Both the position numbers and the translations under genes were made by a program. Shown in pieces: positions 10,686 through 22,845 of a stretch of DNA of 64,000 nt; the stretch's first letter is position 1, and every line of letters starts with the position of its first letter. Where the stretch lies: positions 146,103-210,102 of the forward strand of contig NIVC01001864.1 in the NCBI GenBank assembly GCA_002269645.1. Direction: 5' to 3'. Below the pieces are notes generated by a model. It had not been told where the DNA came from. It saw nothing but the letters and a program-made list of their open reading frames with translations, and made no database searches. The DNA is from Macrostomum lignano (taxonomy: Eukaryota).

Positions 10686-13600
10686 ATGGCCTCTGTTCTG
10701 TTGCAGCCTCTGCTGCTGCTGCAGTCACTGCTTGTACTTTTCCTGTTGCTGCACTCAGGCGGCACAGCCGCCAAGAGCTCCGCTGAAAATACGTAAGACT
10801 TATTTTATCCGCTGGGGTGTTAAGGATTTATGACTTCCACAAAGCCCAGAAACCCAATCCAGTCTCGAGACCCCATTCAGTCCCGAGACCCCATCCAGTC
10901 CTGAGACCCCATCCAGTCCCGAGACCCCATCCAGTCCTGAGACCCCATCCAGTCCCGAAACCTCATCCAGTCCCGAGACCCCATCCAGTCCCGAGACCCC
11001 ATTCAGTCCCGAGGCCCCATCCAGTCCCGAGACCCCATCCAGTCCCGAGACCCCATCCAGTCCCGAGACCCCATTCAGTCCCGAGACCCCATCCAGTCCC
11101 GAGACCCCATCCAGTCCCGAGACCCCATCCAGTCCCGAGACCCCATCCAGTCCCGAGACCCCATCCAGTCCCGAGACCCCATCCAGTCCCGAGACCCCAT
11201 CCAGTCCCGAGACCCCATCCAGTCCCGAGACCCCATCCAGTCCCGAGACCCCATCCAGTCCCGAGACCCCATCCAGTCCCGAGACCCCATCCAGTCCCGA
11301 GACCCCATCCAGTCCCGAGACCCCATCCAGTCCCGAGACCCCATCCAGTCCCGAGACCCCATCCAGTCCCGAGACCCCATCCAGTCCCGAGACCCCATCC
11401 AGTCCCGAGACCCCATCCAGTCCCGAAACCCCATCCAGTCCCGAGACCCCATCCAGTCTCGAGACCCCATCCAGTCCCGAGACCCCATCCAGTCCCGAGA
11501 CCCAATCCAGTCCTGCGACCCCATTCCGAAACACCTTAATCTTGTACCGGACTCTGTTAACACCTGTACTTTTGTCCGCAGAAAGCGTGTCGTCGACCGC
11601 ATCCTGAAGAACTATACGCGGCAGAACAGTCCCAATGGAGGTAAAAATTAAAATTAAAAATTAAAAAACAAGAAAAAGAAGCAAGACGATAGAATATAAT
11701 TTCACTATAATTGATTTTGTCAATCATTTTAGATTCCACTACAAATGTTTACATTGGAATTTATATCATTGGTTTCTACTCAATCAGCGAGGCTACGATG
11801 GTGAGTATATGGCCATATGATCACTGGCTCGCATATGCTTGCTTATGCTAACCGATAAACTAGAAATTCATCATCAAGAGCTACTGCCAACTTGTAGGCC
11901 TCGTAAATGCGGTATTTTTTCGGATTATAGATTATAGAAAATTCATAATTTCCCGTCATGATATAGAGAGCATCAGCTACAGGGATAAATATTTTAACTG
12001 TTATTCGTCTGTGTTGCAGCCTAGTGGTCAGAGCGTCGGACTCACGACTTGAAGGTCGGGGGTTCGATTCTCGATCCACGAAAACTATTTGTGTCCTTGA
12101 GCTGACACTTAACTCTGCATTGCTTCAGTTCACCCAGCTGTAAAATGGGTGCCAGCATTAGCTGGGGTAATTGAGGGTGTGTGGCGACCCCCCAGTCCTT
12201 GGACTGAACAGCCGTACGCAGCCTTCAGATATAGCTGCGGCTGAGCTGTCGGTTGCACATCTGCTCATTAGGGCAGGTGTAATCAATTATTATCATAATT
12301 CGTATTACATTTTGTCACAGCCTATCCTAAATAGAAGGCTTTACCATAACCGCACCCCAACTGCTTCACACCCGCCTAAAAGGACTACTCTCTGACCATC
12401 TACCTGAGACAGCAGTGGACGGATCCGCGACTAAAGTTCAACAGCAGCCTGGTTGGCGGCAAGACTCAGATTAAACTGGAGGACAGAATCTGGGAGAAAA
12501 TCTGGGTACCGGATGTGTTCCTTAGGTGAGTACTCACAGCTTCTCAGGATTGTCAGTGTATTTTTGTAGGGCCTGAAATGGAGCTGAGGCCTGCCCAATC
12601 CCGATATGACAGCCACAATAAGAGCTGTAGAGCGGCAAAGCAGCAGCTGGGTGCACACGGTGTGAAACCCGATCTTTGCAGAGCCAACGCCAGAGCCAGT
12701 TCTGTAGCAAGAAAGTTTCGCCTCTCAGTGAGAGGCGCGGGAACAGCAAAAATCGATACCAGAAAGCCTGCGGGTTCTGTGCGGTTGGGAGCAAAATAAA
12801 TAGAAAATCGGACTAACAGCAGCAAACGGACTCCAGAATCGAATTCTCGAATTCCAGATGAGTAAGAGACTAAAAGAGATCGGGGCTTCCAGCGGCTCCT
12901 GAGAAAAATCAATACGTAGCTATCGATCGCTAGTCTTCTGTTTAAGAGCTCGACAACACGTGCCAGCTGCTTCTTGAGCCGCTGAACCGGGCCGTTGAGG
13001 CCGTGGGTAGTTGAGTAGCCTTCTCCCATTCTCCCATTCATCTCTGGCCTCATCTTGTGTGAGTGCGCCTGAGCGTGACAAAGGACACTTAATATTCGAT
13101 CTGACCCTCGCAGAGAGCGGTTTTCTCTCCCTCTAGTGGGAAGGCAGCTGTTGTTTTTTTGGACAAGAAAAATACACCCGACGACTCTCGCAGTGCAGCA
13201 AATGTTTTACAAGCTGATTTCTAATAAAATGATCAAATTTCTGTCGTTAAAGTGCGCTGAGAGCATGCAGTGTAGGACAGCCATGCACTTGGCTGATGAA
13301 AAAATTTAGAAAATTATTATATTTTTCCGTCTGGATTTCAAGCCTTAATCAACAAGAGAAACCATTTATTAGCGTTTCCAATTATTTTTCAGACTTTCCA
13401 TTTGAATCAAATGCACCGCATAAAATTCTAAGGTCAAGGAAGCATCAGTAGAGAAAAACCTATGAAAAGTAGAACTACTGAATTACTGCTTATGAGTAGG
13501 CTTACTGAATTATTTGCTCCTTACTGTACATTGACCTCAATGTACACTGAAAACACATCCTAAATGTCCACTGACAATGCGTCCTCAATGTACACTGACA

Positions 13601-16563
13601 ACGCGTCCTCGATGTACACTGCAAACACATCTTAAATGTCCACTGACAATGCGTCGTCAATGTACACTGACAACGCGTCCTCGATGTACACTGCAAACAC
13701 ATCTTAAATGTCCACTGACAATGCGTCGTCAATGTACACTGACAACGCGTCCTCGATGTACACTGCAAACACATCTTAAATGTCCACTGACAATGCGTCC
13801 TCAATGTACACTGCAAACACATCCTAAATGTCCACTGACAATGCGTCCTCAATGTACACTGACAACGCGTCCTCAATTTACACTGCCAACACATCTTCAA
13901 TGTACACTGACAATGCGTCCTCAATGTACACTGACAATGCGTCCTCAATGTACACTGACAATGCGTCCTCAATGTACACTGACAATGCGTCCTCAATGTA
14001 CGAGCTACACTGCCAACACATCTTCAATTTACACTGTCAACACATCTTCAATGTACATTGACAATGCGTCCTCAATGTACACCGCCAACACATCTTCAAT
14101 GTACACTGACAATGCGTCCTCAATGTACACTGACAATGCGTCCTCAATTTACACTGCCAACACATCTTCAATGTACACTGACAACGCGTCCTCAATGTAC
14201 ACTGACAACACATCCTCAATATATACTGACAATGCGTCCTCAATGTACACTGACAATGCGTCCTCAATGTACACCGCCAACACATCTTCAATGTACACTG
14301 ACAATGCGTCCTGAATGTACACTGACAATGCGTCCTCAATGTACACTGACAATGCGTCCTCAATATACAGTGACAATGCGTCCTCAATGTACACTGACAA
14401 CGCGTCCTCAATGTACACTGACAACACATCCTCAATATATACTGACAATGCGTCCTCAATGTACACCGACCACGATTTCCTCAGTATACAAAGGGGTTTA
14501 AGGATAACATCTTCTCGAAACTCGTCGGGCAACGAAGTTTCAATAAAATATTTTTATCGAAGTCCTTTGACTTTGAAGGGTGGCTACACTGAGCAGTTCT
14601 CTAACCTGCCGATGAAGCTAATATCAATCATTATACCGAAGTGTTTGAACAACCTCAACTCCCTAAGTTACTTAACCAACAAAGCCTCATTTATTTTCTT
14701 ACAAAATCTTGCCTAGAAACGAGAAGAAGGCCGACTTTCACTCGGTAACAATCCCCAACCGGTTCATGAATCTGGAGAGCAGCGGTCGAATTTGGTACGT
14801 CATCAAGTAAGTTTTGTTCTATTTGTCACTTGTACGAAGCAACAAACTTACAGACCCGAACCCTAAATACCAACACCATTGAACACGATTGTTAAAAGTG
14901 AAAAATTAAAACCATGCTACCACGTGTCACCGATTATTTCCAAGAGCTTAAAAGCTTAACGGCTTCGTCAGTTTAGGAATCGAAAGTCTACGAAACACTC
15001 GTAGAAACAGTTTTTTTAAGCCTCTGGCGCCATCTGGAATCACGCCAGAAGCGCTAATCCCTCTTGAACCCGACACCCGCAGACTGTCTGTCACTCTGTC
15101 CTGCGAGATGGACCTCAAAAAGTACCCGCTAGACACGCAGATGTGTCCAATGATGTTCGAGAGCTGTGAGTGAAAACTTTGGCTTTGCAATTGTCTGCAT
15201 TTCGGGGGTTCTTGAAAACAGATGGGGGAGCTTCTGTAAAGGCTCACTGCATTACACATCTGCATAAGTGATTGCACAGAAAGTCAGAGCACCCAACACT
15301 GCCCCACAGTCGGCCACACAATGGACACTGTCGCTTTCTACTGGCTACAGCCGCCGAAGCGGCCAGACGATCGGCCAGACGATCTGACCATGCCGCAGTT
15401 CGATCTGCGCGAAATTCATTTGAAATCGTGCGATCTCAACTATACAACTGGAGCCTATCCCTGTCTGCAGATGACCTTCGAACTGAAGCGCGACTTTGGA
15501 TACTTTCTTATTCAGGTATTGCTACTCAATATTCGCTCATTCAGTAGCTAGCAAGGAATATTGATCGTGTTTTCTGATAAATGTAGATTTCAATGGTAGT
15601 AAGCGACAGTTATATCAGAATGAGAGTTCGTAGTGTACCTTTGTAGACATTGTACGCAGGTATTATTTTTAGCTAGTGCTCTCTTGTATTTTTTAATAAA
15701 ATACGAGTACCAACCAATGAAACTACTGATTTAAAAGTAGCTTAATACATTCATATGTCTACTATTTATTATCATCAGATCTACATCCCAACAATGCTGA
15801 TCGTGATTCTGAGCTGGTTCGCCTTCTGGCTGAACATTGACGCCGTGCCAGCCCGTGTCAGTCTGGGACTGCTGACAGGTACCGTGGCCGATTTAGATAG
15901 GCTTGGCTATGACCTGTGTCACCTGACCAAACATTTCGCATCCCCATAAACCCTACAGTGCTGACGATAACTACTCAGGCCTCTGGCTCAAAGTCCTCGC
16001 TGCCGAAGGTGTCCTACATCAAAGCCATCGACGTCTGGATGAGCGCCTGTCTCGGCTTCGTGTTCGCCTCCTTGTTGGAATTCGCTGTCGTCAACGTGTA
16101 CAGCAGGCACGGCAGCGGTGGCGGCGGCGGCGGCGGCGGCGGAGGTCGCTCCGGTGGCCGCGGCAGACGAGCCGCCGCCGCCGGCTCCGCCATTTCCGGC
16201 GGCAAGAAGTCGGGCAGAAAGTCTGCTTCGGCTGCTGCGTCCCGGCGTCGACTTCGAGGTCCCTGGAATAATGGGGGAGGCGGTGGCGGCAGCGGCGGCT
16301 GCGAGCCGGACGGGGGTGACTCGCCAGTGTTTGTGAGAGACCCGCCAGCGGCCATGTCGCCACTGCAGCCTCCGCAGCAGCAGCAGCAGCATCAGCAGTT
16401 TCACACTGAGCTGACCGTGGAGACTTCTCCACAGCAGCCTTCGCCGAAGCCGCAGCTGCCGTCAATCGCCAAACGGATTGACAAGTTTTCTCGCAGATTT
16501 TTCCCGCTAACCTTTCTGCTATTTAACGTTGTCTATTGGGTTTATTACTTGATAATTGCTTGA
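10686..16563 (+). CDS. Cys-loop ligand-gated chloride channel subunit (glycine receptor / GluCl-like), 9 exons, 486 aa
   Basis: Exons 10686-10792, 11582-11640, 11733-11800, 12383-12525, 14717-14806, 15083-15165, 15310-15515, 15779-15878, 15959-16563 (1461 nt, all GT-AG, phases consistent). Signal peptide; ISEATMDY; [11 protein letters not shown]; IWVPDVF; Cys-loop [15 protein letters not shown]; second disulfide [12 protein letters not shown]; anion-filter PAR before M2; [13 protein letters not shown]; M4 [17 protein letters not shown] at 16989-16994. Confidence 0.93.
10845..11525. repeat. 18-bp minisatellite in intron 1 of the Cys-loop gene
   Basis: CCAGTCCCGAGACCCCAT, about 38 copies. Confidence 0.97.
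12011..12284 (+). mobile_element. CORE-type SINE, second copy (intron 3 of the Cys-loop gene)
   Basis: Closely matches 5634-5910 over its whole length, with a diverged segment near the 3' end and an (ATT)-rich tail. Confidence 0.85.
13536..14468. repeat. 24-bp minisatellite with 72-bp higher-order blocks (intron 4 of the Cys-loop gene)
   Basis: AATGTACACTGACAATGCGTCCTC and variants. Confidence 0.95.
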
Positions 16564-17227
16564 AATTCGCGAACGTCACCCGACAATGGATTTCCTAAGT
16601 TTGTTAAAAGATGCGCTTTTAATTTCTTCTCTGGCTTTTGCAGAGATTGCGAAGGGCCAGGGGTAGGTGGAGGCCATAGAGCTGCTCACTGGCACATTTA
16701 CCCGAGTCTCTTGCGCGAAACCCCGAGGCACTAGACAGTGCACATACGCGCCTGACGATTAGAAAGTGATCAGGATGATGTACACCCTGTGTGAGCAAGC
16801 GGGTCAGCGTCGAAGTGGGCATGACTGCTGGCTGGCCGCGCCACATCCTGGAAGGATTGGTCAGGAGTCCATTATGGTATTTGCTATACGAGCTAGTCAT
16901 TCTGCGTACTGTTTGTTTTAGCCAGGGACAGAATCGTATCTTAGCGTATCGTTTCGTCATGCTCTACTTGATTGAGTAGTCTTCTTCAAATAAAATTGGT
17001 AAAGAAATGCAGAGAAAATGGCTTGCTTTTTTGAAGTTTCGCAGCAGCGTTACAGTGATTTATGCGCATGAACACCCTGAGTGAGCGTGCGGTGTGCGCC
17101 CAGGCTGCGGGCTGGCTGCGGGACTGTCGCCCTTGATTTGGCGCAGTGCCCGAAGCCCCCTTTCTGCAAAAAGCAAGCCAAGTAAAGCCATGCCAAGTAA
17201 AGCACCCCATGGACACTCAGCACTGTT

Positions 17228-17721
17228 CGGCTTCTACATCCTGCCACCGGCTTTTACACCCTGCCACCGGCTTCTACATCCTGCCACCGGCTTCTACATC
17301 CTGCCACCGGCTTCTACATCCTGCCACCGGCTTCTACATCCTGCCACCGGCTTCTACATCCTGCCACCGGCTTCTACATCCTGCCACCGGCTTCTACATC
17401 CTGCCACCGGCTTCTACATCCTGCCACCGGCTTCTACATCCTGCCACTGGCTTCTACATCCTGCCACCGGCTTCTACATCCTGCCACCGGCTTCTACATC
17501 CTGCCACCGGCTTCTACATCCTGCCACCGGCTTCTACATCCTGCCACCGGCTTCTACATTCTGCCACCGGCTTCTACATCCTGCCACCGGCTTCTACATC
17601 CTGCCACCGGCTTCTACATCCTGCCACCGGCTTCTACATTCTGCCACCGGCTTCTACATTCTGCCACCGGCTTCTACATCCTGCCACCGGCTTCTACATC
17701 CTGCCACCGGCTTCTACATCC

Positions 17722-17722
<1 letters not shown>
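17228..17722. repeat. 20-bp minisatellite
   Basis: CGGCTTCTACATCCTGCCAC, about 25 copies. Confidence 0.97.
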
Positions 17723-18077
<355 letters not shown>

Positions 18078-18767
18078 TGATTGATTGGCTCTCCTGTTTT
18101 TGCTTCTGCTAATTGAATAAGAATGAGTGCAGCGAATCGAAAGTTGGAAAGACATCTCAGGAAGAGAGAGAGAGCGCATATGTAATATTGTTAAATTTGA
18201 TTTTTCGCCAATGAGCAAAGCGTCGCAAACAGGTTGGTTAGGCGGACAAAAAGCCACAGTTAAATGCTGCTCAGTGATTGAGGACGAATTAAAGGGGGTC
18301 TTACGAGTATTGAAATTGACTGCCAAAACTCAGTTGCCAAACCTCATACTAACCTAGCCTATATTAATAATTAATATTGCAGAAGGGCTGTGGGGTCTCC
18401 CTGGCGCAAATCTTTCGGCGACATCGTCCCGAAAATGAGGCCGCGCCAATACTGCATGCAAGCACGCACTCATTCATGCTGTACAAGCTCACACAGGGTG
18501 TACAGCGGGCCCTGACTTTCTAATCCTGGCAGTGAAATGGCAGGCAGTCAATTTATCGGCCGGCAATTAATTGCGTCTCTAGGGGCTGCTTGATAAATCC
18601 ATCGCAGGTATGTTAAACTGGAATAAGTGGGGGAGGTTGCGGTTCAAAAGTTCTGAGACGGTTAGCTGTACATGCGCGAATGCCATCATAGCGACCAAAC
18701 GTTTCTATACACAGATTCTATCTTGTTAAGCGCGATGAGAAAGCCGGGCGACTGCATGGTGGGTTGC

Positions 18768-20267
18768 TTAGTGCTCGGCCAGGCGTCGCCACATCAGCCG
18801 GTACCAGGTGTCGCTGTCAGTCGTGAAGACCGACGATCCGCCGTTCGCGGCAGGCGGCGCGGGCTCGTACTCGTGCACCGAGTTGCTGGTCATGTCGAAT
18901 CGGACGGTCGGCCTGGCCGACTGGCTGCGGGCTCGCAGGCTCAGCTTGCCGCTCTGCATTGACGCGGCTCGTCGGGCTGTCGGACGACGCGGCGGGGCCT
19001 TAGCCTCAGCGGTGACGGTGGCGGCGGCGGCAGCGGCGGCGGTTGTTGTTGTTGAGCTCGACGTCGGTTGGCCCTCGGAGGCGATCGGCGGCCGCGGCTT
19101 CGAACCGAAACCGACGGCCGCCGTCCGGGGCCTCGCCGAGGACGCGGGCAGCAGCTGCTGCTCGTTGACTGCGGCAGCGGCGGTTGCTGCTGTTGCTGCC
19201 GCGTTCTTCTTCAGGATTGATTTAATCTGGTAGATCTCCGTCGTGCAACCGGCACCGTCAGTGACGGACAGCAGCGGCTTTGGCTCTTCAGCCGAAGTCG
19301 AATTGGCCGCCGCGGTTGTCGCAGCCGCAGCAGTTGGCGCTGCTATCGATGGAGCCGAAGTGGTGGCCGCGACGCTGGAGGCTTCCGTCTGAGCGTAGGA
19401 TGGCAGCAGCTTGGGCCGCGGAGATGCCGGAGTCTTTGGCAGAGCTTGCTGCCGCTGCTGCTGCTGCTGCAAATTCTGATCGGGCATGCGGTTCAGAAAG
19501 TGCATGTAGGAAATGCTGGTCACGCTGCCATTCGCCGACATTGAAACCGGTTGCGCCGTCTTCACCGGAGGCTGAGCGCTCGTAGAATCAATGCTGCCGT
19601 TGGTCCCGTTGGCGGCGGCTGGCGGGGGCTTCTCCGCTGCTGATGGCTGGCGACTGCCGTTCAGCAGGCCAGCCGGTGCCGCCGCCTCCGCTGCCGCCTC
19701 AGCGGTCGCCGTTGGCACGGCGGCAATGGTTCGATTTCGCCTTCGGCTGCGAACCACCACAGTGTGATGCGGCTGCGCCTCCGCCTCCACAGATGGCAGC
19801 AGCGGCGGCGGTGGCGACTGGGGCGCCTGCGTCACTTGCGGCAGCCCCTGTGGATTTGTTGAGGTCGCTGATGCGGTCGACGCAGCGGCGGCAGCGGCAG
19901 CGGCCACCATCTGTGGAGTGACCCGGCCGCCTCGGGCCGGCGCCAGGTAGCCGCCCTGACCGGCCGGCGGCTCCGGCGTCGGCGACCGTCGGTGATGACC
20001 GCGGGCGCGCCTCCTGGCGGCGCCGTGTGCGCTGATGGCACGACCGGTGCCAAGTGGCCGCCTCTGCTGCTGCTGGTGATGCACAGCTGTAAGCGGCCTG
20101 CCGTTTGCCAGCTGCATTGGCAGCGGCAGTTTCCCACCGCCTCGTGGCGACTCCTTGAACACCCCGCCGGAGCTGCCGATCCACGGCGGCGGCGACGCCC
20201 GGGCGCGCCAACTGCCAGCGGCGCCTGCCGGAGCGGCGGCGGATTGCGTATGAGGATTTTGGCTCAT
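18768..20267 (-). CDS. Low-complexity (Ala/Pro/Gln-rich) protein of about 499 aa with SILK and RVxF-like motifs; candidate PP1 regulatory subunit
   Basis: Uninterrupted GC-rich ORF from ATG 20267 (open to 20420). KSILKK at about 19206-19223 and TVRFDMTSNSVHEYEP at about 18861-18908. A CCAAT box at about 20347-20351 favours this ATG. Confidence 0.7.
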   Translation of the reverse strand: MSQNPHTQSAAAPAGAAGSWRARASPPPWIGSSGGVFKESPRGGGKLPLPMQLANGRPLTAVHHQQQQRRPLGTGRAISAHGAARRRARGHHRRSPTPEPPAGQGGYLAPARGGRVTPQMVAAAAAAAASTASATSTNPQGLPQVTQAPQSPPPPLLPSVEAEAQPHHTVVVRSRRRNRTIAAVPTATAEAAAEAAAPAGLLNGSRQPSAAEKPPPAAANGTNGSIDSTSAQPPVKTAQPVSMSANGSVTSISYMHFLNRMPDQNLQQQQQRQQALPKTPASPRPKLLPSYAQTEASSVAATTSAPSIAAPTAAAATTAAANSTSAEEPKPLLSVTDGAGCTTEIYQIKSILKKNAAATAATAAAAVNEQQLLPASSARPRTAAVGFGSKPRPPIASEGQPTSSSTTTTAAAAAAATVTAEAKAPPRRPTARRAASMQSGKLSLRARSQSARPTVRFDMTSNSVHEYEPAPPAANGGSSVFTTDSDTWYRLMWRRLAEH

Positions 20268-21486
20268 GCCCAGCTCCCCGCCTGCTGGATTTGATGCTCT
20301 GGCGGCTTCAAGAGGCCCTGCTGCCGTGATGAGCTGACACTTATCTATTGGCTGGGCTGCTCGGGCAGGCAGTTGCTGCAGTTCATTTCGCTGTTTTTTC
20401 ATTACCTGTAGCCGCTGCACGAGCGTTTAATTGCTCACAGGGGGGAGGGGCCTGGTTGGGGCAGCTGCCCCCCCCCCCTGTCTGTCTGTCTGGTCCATTC
20501 TCTTCACTTTGCAGTATTTCTGACACTCAAAAGTCTGTCCTTCTCACAGTGTGTGTGTGTGTGTGTGTGTGTGTGTCTTTAGCATTTTTTCAATTCTACT
20601 CAGCAGCAGCAGCGGGGGTGGTGAAAAGCTCCTTCGTCTCCCTCTTTCCCTCAACCCCCTCCTCTGCGGGGAGTCTCTTTCTTCTTCTTTTCTTGGCCAG
20701 GTAAGCGAGACAGAACAAATCCTGAGCTGTTGATAGGAGCTCTGAGCAACAGGGCGCCTCTGAATTACCCTACTAGGCGCTGCTCACTACCCAGCCAAGG
20801 ACTCTCTCTCAAAAGCCATCGCCAAGTGTCTACTCGAATATACTCAACCGTGCACTCCACGCATTATATATAATATTCAGGCAGAGATGAAGAGTGGGCC
20901 TCTCTCGCCCTGGCTCGTCTCTCGCCGTCTCCACCTCAGACTCTTTTATTGTGCTCACTGCTCACCCGCTATTAGCTGGCGGTGAGCAAGTGAACTCAAA
21001 ACTAGCTGAATGTATTTGCCTCTATCATCAGCCCTAAAAAATAACATTCTCTAGAGCTTCTTCCAGCCCTAATAGATTGAGAAATCCGTTGCTCACGGCT
21101 TCTGGACTGGGCTATTATCGTTGCAACAAGCGATGCACAAGCCCCCCCCCCCAATGAGCTGGGCAACGTGTTTTGGGTGCTTGTTTGCGCTGTGTTATAA
21201 TTGCTCGCATTAAAACGAATGCTACATTTAATTTATGCGTTACCACAGCGGCACAGTCTGTTCACCCTGAGGCCTGACCAACAGTGTGTCCTAAATTTTT
21301 ACTTTTGCGATTTTGCAACTGAGTTCAAGCTCTAAGGAGCGGATCGAGTGGGCTGAGGGTTTAAGTACGCAACATTAACTTACACGACTGTCCCACCACC
21401 AAGGACACGGCGCACCCTTCGGGACAGCGCCCTCTTAGGACGGCGCCCCCCGCCCCTCAGGACGGCAACCCCCAGGACAGCAAGAA

Positions 21487-21940
21487 GGGGGAGGAAAAGG
21501 AGAAGGAGGAGGAGAAGGAATAGGGGGAGGAGAAGGAGGAAGAGGAGGAGAAGGAATAGGGGGAGGAGAAGGAGAAGGAATAGGGGGAGGAGAAGGAGGA
21601 AGAGGAGGAGAAGGAATAGGGGGAGGAGAAGGAGAAGGAATAGGGGGGGAGAAGGAGGAAGAGGGGAGAAGGAATAGGGGGAGGAGAAGGAGAAGGAATA
21701 GGGGGAGGAGAAGGAGGAAGAGGAGGAGAAGGAATAGGGGGAGGAGAAGGAGAAGGAATAGGGGGAGGAGAAGGAGGAAGAGGAGGAGAAGGAGGAGGAG
21801 GAGAAGGAGGAGGAGGAGGAGGAGGAGGAGGAGGAGAAGGAGGAGGAGGAGGAGGAGGAGGAGGAGGAGGAGGAGGAGGAGGAGGAGGAGGAGGAGGAGG
21901 AGGAGGAGGAGGAGGAGGAGGAGGAGGAGAAGTAGAAGGA
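21487..21940. repeat. GA-rich composite repeat grading into (GGA)n
   Basis: Directly visible. Confidence 0.93.
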
Positions 21941-22845
21941 GGAGCGGCTCCACCGTAGAAAGATGCAGGAAAGCGGTAAACATATCGCAGAATGTGTGGC
22001 CTATCGTCACAAACGTCTACTGGACCCCCCCCCCCGATTCAGCATGCTCACGGAGTGGAATAGCGGGAACAAGCCTGCCTGTGGTAGCCTGCCTAAACAA
22101 GTCCAAGAGGTACAAAAATGACCGAGAATTAATCGTCTTTGTACTTAGCCATCTGACATACTGTCAGCATGAGGCAAATTCTTCAAAAGGTTTCTAGTTG
22201 CGGATGCAAGCTGAATCAGGGAGACCGGAACTGACCAAGACTTTGAGAACCAGAATTAGCCAGCTCAGAAAACCGGGATGCTCGGCTTAATTTGCTCGGT
22301 TTGTGAGGGCTCAGGATGAGGCTATAAGGCTAGTGAACGCCAGACTTCCTGTTTTGAGAGGGATTAAAGGGAAGAAAAGACAAGGCCCGAGGATTACCTG
22401 CCCAGCTGACTGTAAGAGAGTGGCTTGGCACTTTATGTAGGAGCCGTGTCCAGTACCCAGACTCCGAGAGCAAGCATGAGCAGGCGGCAAGTGTGCATTA
22501 AGGTTAAATAAAAAGCAGTCCAGAGAGACTGCGCCAGACATGAACTGTCGCCTCTGGTTATCCCCGGGCGAAACCTACAGGAGGCATGGGAACTCGCGAT
22601 GGGGATCCTCGGCCTAATCTGATTTCGCCTGCCAGCCTGGCTCACTGATGGGGAAGAGTCTGTAGCTTGGGGTGGTGCCAGCCCACCCCCTATCTCTGGC
22701 AGGAAATGGAGAGGACAAGAAGCCAGCAGTCTGAACTATGGACGCCTAAAACTAGATATTTGAATAGGAAACTGGGTAGACCAAGGATCATTGGTTAGTA
22801 GTACATGGACGCTGCGCTTCATATGTCCAAAAGCTAGAGAGGTTT

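Noticed and set aside
22200-22500. Degenerate reading frame (…RAQDEAIRLVNARLPVLRGIKGKKRQGPR…) resembling a decayed transposon ORF
   Set aside because: Interrupted by stops, with no recognisable motif or termini; needs a translated search.
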